Of a stretch of 64,000 bases of DNA, positions 39,351 through 52,184 are shown one piece after another. The notes under the pieces were generated by a model. The model was not told the origin of the DNA. It worked only from the letters and a program-made list of their open reading frames with translations, and searched no databases. The stretch spans positions 224,001 to 288,000 of the forward strand of contig CBDAOI010000002.1 in assembly GCA_965198005.1 (NCBI GenBank), written 5' to 3'. The first letter of the stretch is position 1, and each line of letters starts with the position of its first letter. This stretch comes from Spirochaetia bacterium. Its GTDB lineage: Bacteria; Spirochaetota; Spirochaetia; SZUA-6; Bin103. Both the position numbers and the translations under genes were made by a program.

Positions 39351-39892
39351 GCGCCGGCCACCGTCGCTTTGCCCGCCTTGCGGCGCACGGTCTCATTGTG
39401 GTAACGCACACCCTTGCCCTTGTAGGGCTCCGGCGGCCGGAACGCGCGGATCTCGGCCGCGACCTGACCTACGAGTTGGCGGTCGGCGCCCGCGATCGTG
39501 ATCCGGTTGCCGCCCTCGACGGTCACCGTAACGCCCTCTCCGATCGGATAGTTGACCGGATTCGAGTAGCCCAGATTGAGCACCAGCGTGGTGCCCTGCA
39601 ACTCGACCCGGTACCCGACGCCGTTCAGCAACAGCACCTTGCGAAACCCCTCGGAAACGCCGGTCACCATGTTCCAGATCAACTTGCGATACAGTCCGTG
39701 CAGCGCCCTGGTCCGATCGGCCTCGTCGCCGCGCGCCACGGTAATCAAGCCATCCTGCAGCCGCACGTCGAGGTTGCCGGTCATCTCCAGGCTCAGCCGG
39801 CCGTTGGGGCCCGTGGCGTCGATCCGGTTCGCCTCGATCTTGACGTCGACCCCTGTGGGCACCGTCACCGGCACCACGCCTACGCGCGACAT
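39347..39892 (-). CDS. rplF: 50S ribosomal protein L6
   Basis: GVGYR and RPPEPYKGKGVRY. Confidence 0.97.
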   Translation of the reverse strand: MSRVGVVPVTVPTGVDVKIEANRIDATGPNGRLSLEMTGNLDVRLQDGLITVARGDEADRTRALHGLYRKLIWNMVTGVSEGFRKVLLLNGVGYRVELQGTTLVLNLGYSNPVNYPIGEGVTVTVEGGNRITIAGADRQLVGQVAAEIRAFRPPEPYKGKGVRYHNETVRRKAGKATVAGA

Positions 39893-39974
39893 GTCCCGCT
39901 CCTCCGCCGACCCGGCACCGGCGCGGCTGCGCCTGCCAGTGCGCGTGCCGGCACGCTTACCAGATCTACCAGAT

Positions 39975-40373
39975 CTACCAGATCGTACATATCAGCTCGC
40001 CTCCGGCCTGACGCTCGCGCGCTTTCCTGCCGGTGGTCACCCCCTGCGAGGTGGACACCACCAGCGTCCCGTAGCCGCCCTTCACCCGCGGCATCGTGCG
40101 ATATCCCGCGTACACGCGCCGGCCCGGCTTGGAGATCCGTTTGACTCCCTGGATCACCGGCTTGAGGTCGCCGACGAACTTCAGGAACACGCGAATGCTC
40201 GTTCCTCCGTCGCCGGTGACGGTCTTGAAATTCCTGATGTAGCCCTCGATCTTGAGAATCTTGACGATCTCCAACTTGATGCCGGACGGCCGGATGTCGA
40301 CGCTCTCGTGGCCGGCGCGGCTGGCGTTCATGATCTTGGCCAGCATGTCTGCTATCGGGTCACTTACACTCAT
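39975..40373 (-). CDS. rpsH: 30S ribosomal protein S8
   Basis: DPIADML and [10 protein letters not shown]. Confidence 0.97.
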   Translation of the reverse strand: MSVSDPIADMLAKIMNASRAGHESVDIRPSGIKLEIVKILKIEGYIRNFKTVTGDGGTSIRVFLKFVGDLKPVIQGVKRISKPGRRVYAGYRTMPRVKGGYGTLVVSTSQGVTTGRKARERQAGGELICTIW

Positions 40374-40380
40374 CGCTTCA

Positions 40381-40566
40381 CTACCAACTCGACTTGGTCA
40401 CGCCGGGAATCTTGCCGGTGCTGGCGAGTTCCCGAAAACAGATCCGGCAAATCTCGAACTTCCGCATGTAGCCGCGGGCACGGCCGCAGAGGCGGCAGCG
40501 ATTCACGGCCCGCACCTTGTACTTGGGCTTGCGCCCGGCCTTCACCATGAGACTTTTGCGAGCCAT
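40381..40566 (-). CDS. rpsN: 30S ribosomal protein S14, short zinc-binding type
   Basis: RCRLCGR...ICRICFRE and IPGVTKSSW. Confidence 0.96.
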   Translation of the reverse strand: MARKSLMVKAGRKPKYKVRAVNRCRLCGRARGYMRKFEICRICFRELASTGKIPGVTKSSW

Positions 40567-40569
40567 CGA

Positions 40570-41139
40570 TCAGTTTGCCTCCGGACGTTGAAATGGCATG
40601 CCGAGGGCAGCCAGCAAGCTGCGCGCCTCGCGGTCGGTCGGCGCGGTGGTGACGATCGCGATGTTCAGACCCGTGATCCGTTCCACCTTGTCGTAGTCGA
40701 TCTCGGGAAAGATGGTCTGGTCGTCCACTCCCATCGAGTAGTTGCCGCGCCCGTCGAACGCGTTGACGCCGCATCCGCGAAAGTCCTTGATGCGCGGAAT
40801 CGCGACGCTCACCAGCCGATCCAGGAACTCGTACATGTAGTTGCCGCGGAGCGTGACCAGCGCGCCGATCTCCATTCCCTGCCGGATCTTGAACGCCGCG
40901 ATCGACTTGCGTGCCGTGGTGCGCACCGCCCGCCGCCCGGTAATCCGGGTCAACTCCGCCACCGCGGTGTCGAGCAGTTTCTTGTTGCCTGCCGCCTCAC
41001 CGACACCGGTGCTCAACACGATCTTCACCAGGCGCGGAGTCTGCATCGGCGAGGAGTAGCCGAATTCGTCACGCAGCGTCGGCGCGACCTGCGACCGGTA
41101 GTGCTCCTTCAGTCGCGGGACGTAGGCGGGGACGCTCAT
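40570..41139 (-). CDS. rplE: 50S ribosomal protein L5
   Basis: PRIKDFRG and [10 protein letters not shown]. Confidence 0.97.
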   Translation of the reverse strand: MSVPAYVPRLKEHYRSQVAPTLRDEFGYSSPMQTPRLVKIVLSTGVGEAAGNKKLLDTAVAELTRITGRRAVRTTARKSIAAFKIRQGMEIGALVTLRGNYMYEFLDRLVSVAIPRIKDFRGCGVNAFDGRGNYSMGVDDQTIFPEIDYDKVERITGLNIAIVTTAPTDREARSLLAALGMPFQRPEAN

Positions 41140-41450
41140 AGCTGCTCCCCGCACTTGCGGCACACCCGCACCTTCTCGCCCTCACGCTGCGCGAAACCGA
41201 TGCGCGAGATCCCGCACCGCCGGCACACGATCATCACGTTCGCCCAACTCAGAGCGGCCTCGACCTCGGTCAGGCCGCCTTTCTGGTTCTGGCGCGTCGG
41301 CTTCAGCGCCTTCTTTACCAGGTTCACGCCCTCGATCCATACCCGGCCGCGCTTGCGGTCCAGCCGCAACACGCGGCCCTCGCGGCCACGCGCGCGGCCG
41401 CTCACCACGCGCACCTGGTCGTCGGTCCTCAGCTTGCTGCCCGCGGCCAT
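41136..41450 (-). CDS. rplX: 50S ribosomal protein L24
   Basis: KOW motif, IEGVNLVKK and operon position. Confidence 0.95.
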   Translation of the reverse strand: MAAGSKLRTDDQVRVVSGRARGREGRVLRLDRKRGRVWIEGVNLVKKALKPTRQNQKGGLTEVEAALSWANVMIVCRRCGISRIGFAQREGEKVRVCRKCGEQL

Positions 41451-41819
41451 CTACAGCACCTCCGGTGCGAGGGATACGATCTTCATGTAGTCCCGGTCGC
41501 GCAACTCGCGCGCCACCGGTCCGAAAATCCGCTTGCCGGCCGGATTGCCGGAGGGGTCCACCAGCACACAGGCGTTGTCGTCGAAGCGGATATAGGAGCC
41601 GTCGTTGCGCCGCAACTCCTTGCGCGTACGAACCACCACGGCGCGGGTCACCGCCCCTTTCTTGATGGCACCACTGGGAAGGGCGACCTTTACCGCGACT
41701 ACCACGATGTCCCCGACCGACGCCGAGCGGCGCCCGCTGCCGCCAAGAACCTTGATGCATTGCACCCGCTTGGCGCCGCTGTTGTCTGCGACATTGAGGT
41801 AGGTCATCGTCTGAATCAT
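41451..41819 (-). CDS. rplN: 50S ribosomal protein L14
   Basis: VADNSGAK and [10 protein letters not shown]. Confidence 0.98.
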   Translation of the reverse strand: MIQTMTYLNVADNSGAKRVQCIKVLGGSGRRSASVGDIVVVAVKVALPSGAIKKGAVTRAVVVRTRKELRRNDGSYIRFDDNACVLVDPSGNPAGKRIFGPVARELRDRDYMKIVSLAPEVL

Positions 41820-41865
41820 CTATCTTCAACCTCGAACTTCAACCTCGAACTTCCGGTCAGCGCGC

Positions 41866-42135
41866 CTACCCGGCCCGCTTCACGATCTCCAACAGCCGCC
41901 AGCGCTTGCGCCTGCTCAGCGGCCGGCTCTCGACCACCCGCACCAAGTCGCCGACGCGGCACCGGTTCTCCGGATCGTGGGCCATCAGCTTCCTGGTGAT
42001 GGTGATGTACTTGCGGTACAGGCGGTGCACCTTGCGCCGCGCAATCACCACCACGATGGTCTGCGCACCCTTGTCGCTCACGACGTTGCCGGTCAGTATC
42101 CGCCTGCGTGGCCTGCCGTTACCGTTGTCACTCAC
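41866..42135 (-). CDS. rpsQ: 30S ribosomal protein S17
   Basis: GNVVSDK and ESRPLSRRKRW. Confidence 0.96.
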   Translation of the reverse strand: MSDNGNGRPRRRILTGNVVSDKGAQTIVVVIARRKVHRLYRKYITITRKLMAHDPENRCRVGDLVRVVESRPLSRRKRWRLLEIVKRAG

Positions 42136-42392
42136 GTTTGCTCAGCCTCCGGCTGTGCCGCGGAGGCCGCCCCCTCCGCCCCGACGCCCTCCCGGACTGC
42201 CCGGATCTGCACGTCATATTCATGCACTATCGTGTTCAAACGTGCCAGCCTGCGGCGCAGCGTCCGCAACAGCAACGGGTTGTCGACGTGCCCTACGACC
42301 ACGTTGAACCGTACCTCGCGAAACTGCTTGCGCAGCTCCTCACGTTTGGTAATGAGCTCGGCGTAGGAAAGTTCGTTGTACGAGTCCTTCAT
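42132..42392 (-). CDS. rpmC: 50S ribosomal protein L29
   Basis: [13 protein letters not shown]...RRRLARLNT and operon position. Confidence 0.93.
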   Translation of the reverse strand: MKDSYNELSYAELITKREELRKQFREVRFNVVVGHVDNPLLLRTLRRRLARLNTIVHEYDVQIRAVREGVGAEGAASAAQPEAEQT

Positions 42393-42393
42393 C

Positions 42394-42813
42394 CTACGCA
42401 CCCAGGTTGCGGCGCACGAGCAACCGCGTCTTGATCGGCAGCTTGCTCCCCGCCAGCGCGATCGCCTCGCTGGCCGCCTGCAGCGGAACTCCGGCCAGTT
42501 CGAACATTACCGTTCCCGGTTTCACCGGGGCTACCCAATACTCCGGCGCGCCCTTGCCTTTGCCCATGCGCGTTTCGGCCGGCTTCCTGGTGTAGGGCTG
42601 GTCGGGGAAGATCCGAATCCACACCTTCCCGCCGCGCCGGATGTGACGCGTCATCGCGATTCGGGCCGCCTCAATCTGACGGTTGGTGATCAGCTTGGGC
42701 TCCAGCGCCATGAGCCCATAGTCACCGAAAGCGACTTCGGTGCGCCGGGTCGCCATCCCGCGCAACCGCCCGCGCTGGCGCTTGCGGTACTTCTCTCGCT
42801 TTGGACTCAGCAT
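42394..42813 (-). CDS. rplP: 50S ribosomal protein L16
   Basis: [11 protein letters not shown] and [12 protein letters not shown]. Confidence 0.97.
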   Translation of the reverse strand: MLSPKREKYRKRQRGRLRGMATRRTEVAFGDYGLMALEPKLITNRQIEAARIAMTRHIRRGGKVWIRIFPDQPYTRKPAETRMGKGKGAPEYWVAPVKPGTVMFELAGVPLQAASEAIALAGSKLPIKTRLLVRRNLGA

Positions 42814-43532
42814 CGCTCTCGGTCTCTGCCTCGCGACGGCGGGCCCAGGCGCGAACGTTGCCGCCGCAGCAACTGCCCGGCGTCGTCCTTGGTATCCCGC
42901 CCAAACACCTCGCCGTTGAACACCCAGACCTTGACGCCGATCGCGCCCATTGCGGTAAGCGACTCCGCAAAGCCATAGTCGATATCGGCGCGAAACGTGT
43001 GCAGCGGAATCCGTCCTTCCTTGCGCTGCTCGGTGCGGGACATTTCCGAGCCTCCCAGACGGCCGCCGATCCTGATCTTGATGCCCTGCACGCCGGCGCG
43101 CATCGCATTCTGCACCGCCATGTTGAGCGAGCGCCGGAACGATGCCTTGGTCCGCAGTTGCCGCGCCACGTTCATCGCTATCAGTTGCGCGTTGACTTCG
43201 GGCCGGTGGATTTCCTTGATCTTGATCTGAATCTTCTTGCCCACCAGCTTCTGGAGCTTGGCGCCCAGCCGCTCGATGTTGGCTCCCTTGGACCCGATCA
43301 CCACGCCCGGCCGACCGGTGTGGATGATGATCGTGATGCGCTGCGGATGACGAATGATCTCGACGTCCGAAATATCCGACCCACGCGTGTCGGGAGAATG
43401 TTCGATCATGCGGCGCAGCGCCAGATCCTCGTGCAGGGTGGCGGCGTACTCGCGCGGATCGACGAACCACTTCGACTTCCAGGTACGGTTGATTCCGAGC
43501 CGCATGCCGATCGGATTGATCTTCTGCCCCAT
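42807..43532 (-). CDS. rpsC: 30S ribosomal protein S3
   Basis: [13 protein letters not shown] and [14 protein letters not shown]. Confidence 0.97.
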   Translation of the reverse strand: MGQKINPIGMRLGINRTWKSKWFVDPREYAATLHEDLALRRMIEHSPDTRGSDISDVEIIRHPQRITIIIHTGRPGVVIGSKGANIERLGAKLQKLVGKKIQIKIKEIHRPEVNAQLIAMNVARQLRTKASFRRSLNMAVQNAMRAGVQGIKIRIGGRLGGSEMSRTEQRKEGRIPLHTFRADIDYGFAESLTAMGAIGVKVWVFNGEVFGRDTKDDAGQLLRRQRSRLGPPSRGRDRERC

Positions 43533-43537
43533 CGCTT

Positions 43538-43900
43538 CTACTTCGCTCCCGTAAATTCGTCCACCGCTACCAGCACGTGGCACATCCGCTTCGATATACG
43601 ATCGGCCCGGCCACGGCCGCGGATCCGGATGCGCTTCATGCGGGGAGCGTCGTTGACCTCCAGATGGCTGACGTAGAGCACTTCCTCGTCCAACTCCTTG
43701 TTCTGGAGCAACGCGTTGTCAGCCGCCGACTTTACCACTTTGCGCAGCAGCTTCGCACCCTTGTGGGGCAACGCATCCAGCAGCGCCAGCGCCTCCACGT
43801 ACGGCTTGCGCCGAACGTTGTCGGCGATCGCCCGGACCTTGCGCGGCGCCATGCGCAGGTAGCGGCCACTGGCGGTATACCCCTTCTTGGCGTCGATCAT
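43538..43900 (-). CDS. rplV: 50S ribosomal protein L22
   Basis: RMAPRKVR and KSAADNA. Confidence 0.96.
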   Translation of the reverse strand: MIDAKKGYTASGRYLRMAPRKVRAIADNVRRKPYVEALALLDALPHKGAKLLRKVVKSAADNALLQNKELDEEVLYVSHLEVNDAPRMKRIRIRGRGRADRISKRMCHVLVAVDEFTGAK

Positions 43901-44178
43901 CGGCGCATCGCCTTGCGATCGGAACCGGCATGGCCGCGGAACACGCGGGTGGGGGCAAACTCGCCGAGCTTGTGGCCGACGAGATTCTCGGTAACGTACA
44001 CCGGAATCCAGGTCTTGCCGTTATAGACCGAGATCGTCAGTCCCACCATTTCCGGGATGATGGTCGAGGTGCGGGAGTAGGTTCTGATCATGCGTCGTTC
44101 GCCCGACCTGTTCATTTCCAGAACGCGCTGGTACAGCTTGCGCGCGATGAACGGCCCCTTCTTTATCGATCGTGCCAT
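43897..44178 (-). CDS. rpsS: 30S ribosomal protein S19
   Basis: [10 protein letters not shown] and [11 protein letters not shown]. Confidence 0.97.
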   Translation of the reverse strand: MARSIKKGPFIARKLYQRVLEMNRSGERRMIRTYSRTSTIIPEMVGLTISVYNGKTWIPVYVTENLVGHKLGEFAPTRVFRGHAGSDRKAMRR

Positions 44179-44186
44179 CCGCTCCT

Positions 44187-45035
44187 CTACTTCCTTCCCT
44201 TCCGTCCCTTCCGGCTCACGATGAACGCGCTCGACGACTTGCGCGGGCTGCGCGTCTTGGCCCCCTTGGTCGGCTTGCCCCACGGCGACACGGGGTGGCG
44301 GCCGCCGGAACTCTTGCCCTCGCCGCCGCCGTGGGGATGATCGTGCGGGTTCATCGCCACGCCGCGCACCTTGGGCCGGCGGCCCAGCCAGCGCGCACGG
44401 CCCGCCTTGCCCAGCGAAACGTTCATGTGGTCCTGGTTGCCCACCTCGCCGATCGACGCCATGCACTTGCGGAACACCAGGCGCACCTCGCCCGACGGCA
44501 GCCGCAGGGTGGCGTAGTCGCCCTCCCGCGCCACCAGCGTGGCGCGGCCGCCGGCGGCGCGCGCCAGCTGGCCGCCGCGGCCGTGCGTGAGCTCCACGTT
44601 GTGGACCGTCATCCCCAGTGGAATGCGCTCCAGCGGCAGGGCGTTGCCCACTTCGATCGGGGCGTCGGGACCGCTCATGACGCTGCGCCCCACGGTAAGG
44701 CCGCGCGGTGCGAGCATGTAGCGCTTGTCACCGTCGACGTAGGAAATCAGCGCCAAGTTGGCGCTGCGGTTGGGGTCGTAGCCGATCGCCACCACCTGGC
44801 CCGGCACCCCCAGCTTGTCGCGCCGGAAGTCGATTACCCGATAGCGCCGCTTGTGCCGGCCGCCGCGCCGGCGCACGCTGATCCGGCCGCCCGCGCCGCG
44901 CCCGGCGCGGTTGCCGAGCGGCTTCAGCAATGACTTGTCGCGACTGTCGCCCTCCAGCTCGCTGAAGTCCAGACCGATCCGGTTGCGGCTGCCCGGGGTG
45001 ATCGCCTTGTTCTTCTTCAGTGGCACTGGACTCAC
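44187..45035 (-). CDS. rplB: 50S ribosomal protein L2
   Basis: YDPNRSA and [17 protein letters not shown]. Confidence 0.98.
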   Translation of the reverse strand: MSPVPLKKNKAITPGSRNRIGLDFSELEGDSRDKSLLKPLGNRAGRGAGGRISVRRRGGRHKRRYRVIDFRRDKLGVPGQVVAIGYDPNRSANLALISYVDGDKRYMLAPRGLTVGRSVMSGPDAPIEVGNALPLERIPLGMTVHNVELTHGRGGQLARAAGGRATLVAREGDYATLRLPSGEVRLVFRKCMASIGEVGNQDHMNVSLGKAGRARWLGRRPKVRGVAMNPHDHPHGGGEGKSSGGRHPVSPWGKPTKGAKTRSPRKSSSAFIVSRKGRKGRK

Positions 45036-45313
45036 GCTCCCTCGAACACCTGGATGGTATCACCCACGGACAAAGTTACGATCGCTTTTTTCCAGCTCGC
45101 GCGGTGTCCCGGACGATGGCGCACACGCTTGGGCTTGCGTGCGACGTTGACGATGTTGCACTTGACCGGGGTAACCCCGAACACCTCGCGGACGGCGGTG
45201 AGGATCTGGTGCTTGTTGGCGCGCGCGTCGACCTTGAAGGTGTACTTGCGTGCAGTCCGCTGCAGGTTGCTCTTTTCGGTTACCACCGGTTCCAGCAGAA
45301 TGTCCGACCTCAT
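45032..45313 (-). CDS. rplW: 50S ribosomal protein L23
   Basis: PVVTEKS and WKKAIVTL. Confidence 0.96.
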   Translation of the reverse strand: MRSDILLEPVVTEKSNLQRTARKYTFKVDARANKHQILTAVREVFGVTPVKCNIVNVARKPKRVRHRPGHRASWKKAIVTLSVGDTIQVFEGA

Positions 45314-45945
45314 GCCGTCCCCCGATTCCCGGCCCCGACGGCGAGCCGCTCGGCCACGCCGCGGGTGAGCAGGATCCGCTCGCTGTAGTACAGGTCGTGG
45401 GCGGTCACGGTGTCGTGGGCGCGCAGCCGCAGCCACGGAATGTTGCGCCCGGCGCGCACCAGCAGCTCACTGGCATCCTCGACCAGCCAGACGCTGCGCG
45501 CGCCGCCGGTGATCGGCTCCAGCTGCCCGGCCAGCTCCCCGGTCTTGCCCTGGGTCGAGGTGATACCGTCGACTACGGTCACCCACCCGGCACGCGCCTT
45601 CTGCGTCAGGATGGAGCGCATCGCCAAACGCTTGACCCGGCGTGGCAGCCGATAGCGGTAGCTGCGCGGCGACGGGCCGAAGATCACGCCGCCGCCGGTC
45701 CACAGCGGCGACTTGCGGTCGCCGGCGCGCGCCCGGCCGGTGCCCTTCTGCCGCCACGGCTTGCGGTTGGAGCCGCGCACCTGGGCGCGGGTCTTGGTGG
45801 ACGCCGTGCCCACGCGGCGGTTGGCCAGCTCGTTGCGAATGGCGTGGTAGATGGCACCCTCGCTCACCTCGACGCCGAACACCTCGTCCGCGAGCTCCAG
45901 CTCGCCCTGAGGCCGGCCGCCCGCTCCCACTACGCGTGCCTTCAC
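45310..45945 (-). CDS. rplD: 50S ribosomal protein L4
   Basis: [14 protein letters not shown] and GGGVIFGP. Confidence 0.97.
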   Translation of the reverse strand: MKARVVGAGGRPQGELELADEVFGVEVSEGAIYHAIRNELANRRVGTASTKTRAQVRGSNRKPWRQKGTGRARAGDRKSPLWTGGGVIFGPSPRSYRYRLPRRVKRLAMRSILTQKARAGWVTVVDGITSTQGKTGELAGQLEPITGGARSVWLVEDASELLVRAGRNIPWLRLRAHDTVTAHDLYYSERILLTRGVAERLAVGAGNRGTA

Positions 45946-45953
45946 GTATCCGC

Positions 45954-46637
45954 CTACCCTTCGCCTACTCCGGCACTGAGCGTGACCGCCGCGCCCGCAC
46001 CGGCGCTGCGCAGGGCCGGCCGGCGGGTCCTGGTGCTGGTTACCAGCACCAGAGTGCCGCGCGCGCCCGGACACGGTCCGCCGAGCATCAGCAACCGCTT
46101 GTCCGCGTCGATCCCGAACAGGCGCAGGTTGTGGACCGTGGCGCCGATGCCCCCCATGCGTCCCGGCATCCGTTTGCCCTTGAACACCTTGGAAGGACTC
46201 GCCGACTGGCCGGTCGAACCGGGCGCCCGATGGAACTTGGAGCCATGGGTCTTGTTGCCGCCGGAGAATCCGTGGCGCTTCATGACCCCCTGGTACCCCT
46301 TGCCTTTGGAGGTGGCGCGGACGTCGACCCGCGTGTCGTCCGCGAACAGCTCCACCCCGATAGTCTCCCCGACCGCCGGCGCGTCGGTAAAGTCGCGCAC
46401 CTCGAACAGATGCCGGGTGGGCGTGATGCCGCGGAACTGGCCGAGATACGGCTTGGTCATCCGCCGGCGCCGGGCAACACCCTGACCGAGCACGACCGCC
46501 GAGTACCCGTCCCGCTCGAGCGTGCGGTGCGCAACCACCAGGTTTGGCTCCACCTCGATCAAGGTGGCGGGAAACAGCGATCCGTCCTCGGCGAAGAACT
46601 GGGTCATTCCCAGTTTGCGGCCAAGCAACGCCTTCAC
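45954..46637 (-). CDS. rplC: 50S ribosomal protein L3
   Basis: GRKLGMTQ and [15 protein letters not shown]. Confidence 0.97.
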   Translation of the reverse strand: MKALLGRKLGMTQFFAEDGSLFPATLIEVEPNLVVAHRTLERDGYSAVVLGQGVARRRRMTKPYLGQFRGITPTRHLFEVRDFTDAPAVGETIGVELFADDTRVDVRATSKGKGYQGVMKRHGFSGGNKTHGSKFHRAPGSTGQSASPSKVFKGKRMPGRMGGIGATVHNLRLFGIDADKRLLMLGGPCPGARGTLVLVTSTRTRRPALRSAGAGAAVTLSAGVGEG

Positions 46638-46942
46638 TGCTTGATCTCCACGTCCACGCCGGCCGGCAACTCGAGCTTCATCAGAGCGTCCATCACCGCC
46701 GAGGTGGGCTCGAGGATGTCGATCAGCCGCTTGTGCGTGCGCATCTCGAACTGCTCGCGCGACTTCTTGTTGACGTGCGGCGACCGCAGCACCGTGTACT
46801 TGTTGATACGCGTCGGCAACGGGATCGGCCCCGATACGTGAGAGCCCGCCTTCTCGACGGTTTGCACGATGGCCTTGGAGCTCTGGTCGATCAACTCCAC
46901 ATCGAAACCGCGCAGGCGTACGCGAATACGGTCAATTGCCAT
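46634..46942 (-). CDS. rpsJ: 30S ribosomal protein S10
   Basis: GPIPLPT and [14 protein letters not shown]. Confidence 0.98.
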   Translation of the reverse strand: MAIDRIRVRLRGFDVELIDQSSKAIVQTVEKAGSHVSGPIPLPTRINKYTVLRSPHVNKKSREQFEMRTHKRLIDILEPTSAVMDALMKLELPAGVDVEIKQ

Positions 46943-46967
46943 GGCGACGCGCTCCAGACCTCTCGAT

Positions 46968-48158
46968 CTACTCGATGATTTCGGTAACGGTGCCGGCACC
47001 GACGGTGCGGCCACCTTCACGAATGGCGAACCGCACGCCCTGTTCCACCGCGATCGTGTTGATCAACTCGATGGTCAGTTCGGTGGTGTCTCCCGGCATC
47101 ACCATCTCCTTGCCCTCGGGCAACGAAACAGAGCCCGTGATGTCCGTGGTCCGGAAGTAGAATTGCGGCCGATAGCCGGTGAAGAACGGCGAGTGGCGCC
47201 CGCCCTCTTCGCGCGTCAGCGCGTAGACCGTGGCCCGCATCTTGTTGTGCGGCGTAATCGATCCGGGCTTGGCCAGCACCTGCCCGCGCTCGACCTCCTT
47301 GCGCTCGACCCCGCGCAGCAGCGCACCGATGTTGTCTCCCGCCTCCCCGGAATCGAGGATCTTGTTGAACATCTCCACCCCGGTCACCACCGTGCGGCGG
47401 GTCTCCCGGATGCCGACGATCTCGACGTTCTCGCCGGTCTTGATGGTGCCACGGTCCACCCGGCCGGTCACGACGGTGCCACGGCCCGCGATCGAGAACA
47501 CGTCTTCGATCGGCATCAGGAACGGCAGGTCCACCTCGCGCTCGGGAAGCGGGACGTAGGAGTCCATCGCCTCCAGCAACTCGACCACCGTGGTGTTCGC
47601 GTCGGCGTCCCCGGGGTTCTCCAGGGCATGCAACGCCGATCCCAGGATGATCGGAATCTCCTCGCCGGGAAACTCGTACTCGTTGAGGACGTCCTTGACC
47701 TCCTCTTCCACCAGTTCCAGCAACTCCTCGTCGTCGATCTGGTCGGTCTTGTTGATGTACACGACGATCGACGGCACCTGCACCTGGCGCGCCAGCAGAA
47801 CATGCTCGCGCGTCTGCGGCATTACCGAGTCGGGCGCCGACACCACCAGCACCGCACCATCCATCTGCGCGGCGCCGGTAATCATGTTCTTGATGTAGTC
47901 GGCGTGCCCCGGACAGTCGACGTGGGCGTAATGCCGGTTATCGGTCTGGTACTCGACGTGCCGGGTGTTGATGGTGATACCGCGCGCCTTCTCCTCAGGT
48001 GCGTTGTCGATGTCCTCATACTTCATCAACTTGTCCCCGTACTTGGCGTTGCAGTACTGGGTGATCGCTGCGGTGAGGGTGGTCTTGCCGTGGTCGACGT
48101 GGCCGATGGTGCCCACGTTGACGTGCGGTTTGGTACGCTCGAATTTTGCCTTGGCCAT
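46968..48158 (-). CDS. tuf: Elongation factor Tu
   Basis: GHVDHGKTT and [20 protein letters not shown]. Confidence 0.99.
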   Translation of the reverse strand: MAKAKFERTKPHVNVGTIGHVDHGKTTLTAAITQYCNAKYGDKLMKYEDIDNAPEEKARGITINTRHVEYQTDNRHYAHVDCPGHADYIKNMITGAAQMDGAVLVVSAPDSVMPQTREHVLLARQVQVPSIVVYINKTDQIDDEELLELVEEEVKDVLNEYEFPGEEIPIILGSALHALENPGDADANTTVVELLEAMDSYVPLPEREVDLPFLMPIEDVFSIAGRGTVVTGRVDRGTIKTGENVEIVGIRETRRTVVTGVEMFNKILDSGEAGDNIGALLRGVERKEVERGQVLAKPGSITPHNKMRATVYALTREEGGRHSPFFTGYRPQFYFRTTDITGSVSLPEGKEMVMPGDTTELTIELINTIAVEQGVRFAIREGGRTVGAGTVTEIIE

Positions 48159-48194
48159 TGCTTATCCTCCTGCTCTACGATCGGCCGTTTTCAT

Positions 48195-50288
48195 TCATGC
48201 GGTGGCGAGGCGTTCCGAGGTGCACGCGACAATCTCGAGCTGCACCGCCTTGGACGCAGCTTCGTACGCCGCGAACTGCATGGTATGGGTGGCGCGGCCA
48301 CGTGTCATGGAGCGCAAATCGGTAACATAACCGAACATCTTGCGCAACGGTACCCGCGCTTTTACCGTCTTGCCGCCAAATACGTCCTCAATGCCCTGCA
48401 CGTGACCGGTGCGGGCGCTCAGATTCGAGATCACGTCGCCGAGACACTCCTCGGGACAGTGCACCTCCACTGCCATGATCGGCTCCAGCAACCGTGGCCC
48501 CGCCTTCGTCACCCCGTCGCGATACGCCATGCTGGCGGCGATGCGAAACGACTGCTCGCTGGAATCGACCTCATGATGGGAGCCGTCGAGGAGGATAGCA
48601 CGGAAGTCCACCGTTGGATAACCGGCCAGCACCCCGACCTCCATCGCCTCTTCAATGCCGCGCTGGACCGCTGGAATATAATCCTTCGGCACGCGGCCGC
48701 CAACCACCTTGCTGTCGAACAGGAATCCGGCACCGGTGGGGAGCGGCTCGAACTGCAGCTCGACGTGCGCGAACTGGCCATGGCCGCCGGTCTGACGCAC
48801 GAACTTGGTCACGACGTGAGCGCGGCGGCTGATGGTCTCCCGGTACGCTACCTCCGGGGCGCCGATGTTGGCCGCCACGCCCCACTCCCGGAACAGCCGG
48901 GCGGTCAGCACCTCCAGGTGCAACTCTCCCATCCCCGACATGATGGTCTGCCCGGTCTCGTGGTCGACCCGCACCTGGAACGTGGGGTCTTCATCCGAAA
49001 GCTTGCCGAGGGCTAAGCCCAGACGGTCGGAGTCCTGTTTCGACTTGGGTTCGATGGCGATGGAAACGACCGGCTCGGGGAACACCATCGATTCGAGGAT
49101 TATCGGATCGTCCTGCGCGCACAGGGTATCGCCGGTGGTGGTGCGGCGCAGCCCCACGGCCGCCACGATCTCGCCGGTGCGGGCATCGCCGATCTCTTCG
49201 CGCCGGTTGGCGTGCATCCGCAGCAGACGGGTAACCCGCTCGCGATTGTCCGCCGACGAGTTGTACACGTAGGAGCCGGCACTGAGGACGCCGGAATAGA
49301 TGCGGAAATAGGTCAGCCGCCCCACGAACGGGTCGGTCGCCACCTTGAATGCCAGCGCCGACAGGCTCTCCGCGTCGCCGGGCGCACGCTCGATGTAGTC
49401 GCCGGTGCTCGGCACGATGCCGGTAACGGGCGGCTTCTCCGCCGGTGACGGCAGGTAGTCGACCACCGCGTCGAGCAGGAGCTGAATACCCTTGTTCTTG
49501 AACGCGCTCCCGCACAGGACCGGGAAAATCTCGCCCGCCACCGCATGCCGGCGCAGTGCGGCCTTGACCTGGGCCGCGGTCACCGGTTCGCCGCCGAGGT
49601 AGCTCTCCATGAACGCGTCATCCAGGTCGGCCAGCCGCTCCAGCAGCTCGGTGCGGGCCCGTTCGACCTCCGACGCGCACGCGGCCGGCACCTCCGCCAC
49701 GCGGTAGGCGGTGCCGAAATCGGCCTCCTCCCAGGTGATGAGGCGCGGTTCGACCAGATCGATCACGCTGTTGAACGTGGGGCCGGCGGTGGTGGGGAGC
49801 TGGATCGCCACCGCGTTCGCGCCCAGCTTGGCGTGCAGCTCCTCCACGCACGTGGCGAAGTCGGCCCCGATCCGATCCATCTTGTTGACGAACACGAGCC
49901 GCGGCACGCCGTGGGTGTTGGCCTGCTTCCAGACGGTCTCGCTCTGCGGCTCGACGCCGGCCACCGCGCAGAACACCGCGACCGCGCCGTCGAGCACACG
50001 CAACGAGCGCTCCACCTCCACGGTGAAGTCGACGTGCCCCGGCGTATCGATGATGTTCACCGCGTGGGAACGCCAGTCGCAGTTGGTGGCGGCCGCGGTA
50101 ATCGTGATGCCGCGTTCCTTCTCAAGCTCCATCCAGTCCATCTCGGCCTGGCCGTCGTGCACTTCTCCCAGCTTGTGCTTGCGGCCGGTGTAGTACAGGA
50201 TCCGCTCGGTGGTGGTGGTCTTGCCGGCGTCTATGTGCGCCATGATCCCGATGTTGCGGGTGTGTCGTAAACGGTGGTTTTCGTCCAT
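48195..50288 (-). CDS. fusA: Elongation factor G
   Basis: [23 protein letters not shown] and GMGELHL. Confidence 0.97.
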   Translation of the reverse strand: MDENHRLRHTRNIGIMAHIDAGKTTTTERILYYTGRKHKLGEVHDGQAEMDWMELEKERGITITAAATNCDWRSHAVNIIDTPGHVDFTVEVERSLRVLDGAVAVFCAVAGVEPQSETVWKQANTHGVPRLVFVNKMDRIGADFATCVEELHAKLGANAVAIQLPTTAGPTFNSVIDLVEPRLITWEEADFGTAYRVAEVPAACASEVERARTELLERLADLDDAFMESYLGGEPVTAAQVKAALRRHAVAGEIFPVLCGSAFKNKGIQLLLDAVVDYLPSPAEKPPVTGIVPSTGDYIERAPGDAESLSALAFKVATDPFVGRLTYFRIYSGVLSAGSYVYNSSADNRERVTRLLRMHANRREEIGDARTGEIVAAVGLRRTTTGDTLCAQDDPIILESMVFPEPVVSIAIEPKSKQDSDRLGLALGKLSDEDPTFQVRVDHETGQTIMSGMGELHLEVLTARLFREWGVAANIGAPEVAYRETISRRAHVVTKFVRQTGGHGQFAHVELQFEPLPTGAGFLFDSKVVGGRVPKDYIPAVQRGIEEAMEVGVLAGYPTVDFRAILLDGSHHEVDSSEQSFRIAASMAYRDGVTKAGPRLLEPIMAVEVHCPEECLGDVISNLSARTGHVQGIEDVFGGKTVKARVPLRKMFGYVTDLRSMTRGRATHTMQFAAYEAASKAVQLEIVACTSERLATA

Positions 50289-50335
50289 AGGAGTCAGTCG
50301 GCAGTCAGGCGCTGGTCACGGCATGCAACGGCCGT

Positions 50336-50806
50336 TCACCAGCGATAGTGGGCGAAGGCCTTGTTGGCCTCCGCCATGCGGTGAGTGTCTTCTTTCTTCT
50401 TGACCGCGGCCCCGGTCTCGTTGAACGCGTCCATCAGCTCGGCGCCGAGACCGGCGGTCATGGCGCGCCCGCGGCGCTGCTTGGCGTACTGTATGAGCCA
50501 GCGGATGGCCAAAGCGTCGCGGCGCGCCTCACGCACCTCGACCGGCACTTGGTAGGTGGAGCCGCCTACCCGGCGCGACTTCACTTCCAGCATCGGCTTC
50601 ACGTTCTCCACCGCCTTGAGGAACACCTCGAGCGGTTGCCGCTTCATGCGCTTCTCGATCAGGTCGAACGACTCGTAGAGGGTGCGCGCCGCCGTGGACC
50701 GCTTGCCCCGGCTCATCATTGCATTGATGAACTTGCCGACGATGACGTTCCGGTACTTGGGATCGACCGGCTCGGGGCGCTTCCTGGTGTTGCCTCGACG
50801 TGACAT
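50336..50806 (-). CDS. rpsG: 30S ribosomal protein S7
   Basis: [12 protein letters not shown] and [13 protein letters not shown]. Confidence 0.98.
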   Translation of the reverse strand: MSRRGNTRKRPEPVDPKYRNVIVGKFINAMMSRGKRSTAARTLYESFDLIEKRMKRQPLEVFLKAVENVKPMLEVKSRRVGGSTYQVPVEVREARRDALAIRWLIQYAKQRRGRAMTAGLGAELMDAFNETGAAVKKKEDTHRMAEANKAFAHYRW

Positions 50807-50812
50807 GTCGCT

Positions 50813-51187
<375 letters not shown>

Positions 51188-51544
51188 TATCCTCTGTCCT
51201 CCACTGCACCCCGGCTGCCTGCCGCATACGACGGCTACCTGCCGCACACAACCCGCGACTCACCCACGGTCAGGGCCGTTGTTCGTTGGTATCGGGGAAG
51301 GCGCCCCGGCGACGACGCCGGCGCCGCACCGAGCATCGGCAATCCGCCGGTGCCAGAGCGCAGGGGTAAAGCTAATTCACCACGCCGGGAAGGTCAACCA
51401 CCCGGGCACGAATTTCCCACAGATTCTTGGCCCGCACGCCGTGGGGCGCCGGTGGCCTGCTTGATGGGGCGGCGAGCATCGTCGAATCCGTCCGGAAGCT
51501 GTATGCCCAGCGTGCCAACCTTCCAAACCCAGGGGGGGGGGGCC

Positions 51545-51817
51545 ATAAACGTCTCGCCTGCCATTGCCCCTCCCGCCCGCGGTCCCGTACCTTGTGCTCA
51601 GCCATGTTCGTCCGCCGCAACCAAATCCGCGCTACCGCCAACGGCGAACGCTACGTCACCCATCGCCTGGTCTTACGCTCGCGCTCGCCGAGGTGCCGCG
51701 CGCGATCGAGCGGGAAGCACACCGCATGCGGTTGACCAGTTTGGAGACAAGAGTAGTGCCACTCGCCAAACTCAGATCGGCTAACTCATTCACCTGTAGC
51801 AAGATAGATCCTAGCCC
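51545..51817 (+). mobile_element. Internally deleted IS1634-like relic
   Basis: MFVRRNQIRATANGERYVTHRLV (ATG 51604) resembles the N-terminus of the transposase at 15305; upstream TACCTTGTGC and downstream GTAGTGCCA echo the intact element's ends. Confidence 0.6.
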
Positions 51818-52012
51818 GTAGAGTCAAGGAGAGGCGCGCCTGCTGTAGGTGAAGGGAGTAGCTGTTGCCGGCGGCTTTCGCCATGCGCCGGTGCCTCAGT
51901 CTCCGCCATAGCCACGTTTCGTCTCCCCGCTCATCGAACCGGGCGTGCGGTTTTCCCGCACCCGGCTCTCGGACGAGATCATGCCTTCGCCCACGAAAAG
52001 CTCACACGTCGC
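51818..52012 (-). mobile_element. Group II intron 3' fragment (end of intron ORF, domains V and VI)
   Basis: GAGAGCCGGGTGCGGGAAAACCGCACGCCCGGTTCGATGAGCGGGG (domain V), a long domain VI and terminal ...GACTCTAC. Confidence 0.88.
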
Positions 52013-52024
52013 CGACCGGCTGAC

Positions 52025-52180
52025 GCCACCATCAGCCGGCTACCTGCTGGGCACGGACAACCTCGGGCGCGACAGCACGTGTACGTCACGGCCGCGGTCA
52101 CCATCGGGGTGAACATGTTCGGCGACGCCTTGAGAGACGTGCTCGACCCCCGCTTGCGAGGCGGCGCGGGCCGCTACTGA
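52025..52180 (+). pseudogene. DppC-like relic D, internally deleted
   Basis: PSAGYLLGTDNLGRD joined to VTIGVNMFGDALRDVLDPRLRGGAGRY-stop. Confidence 0.82.
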
Positions 52181-52184
52181 GTAG

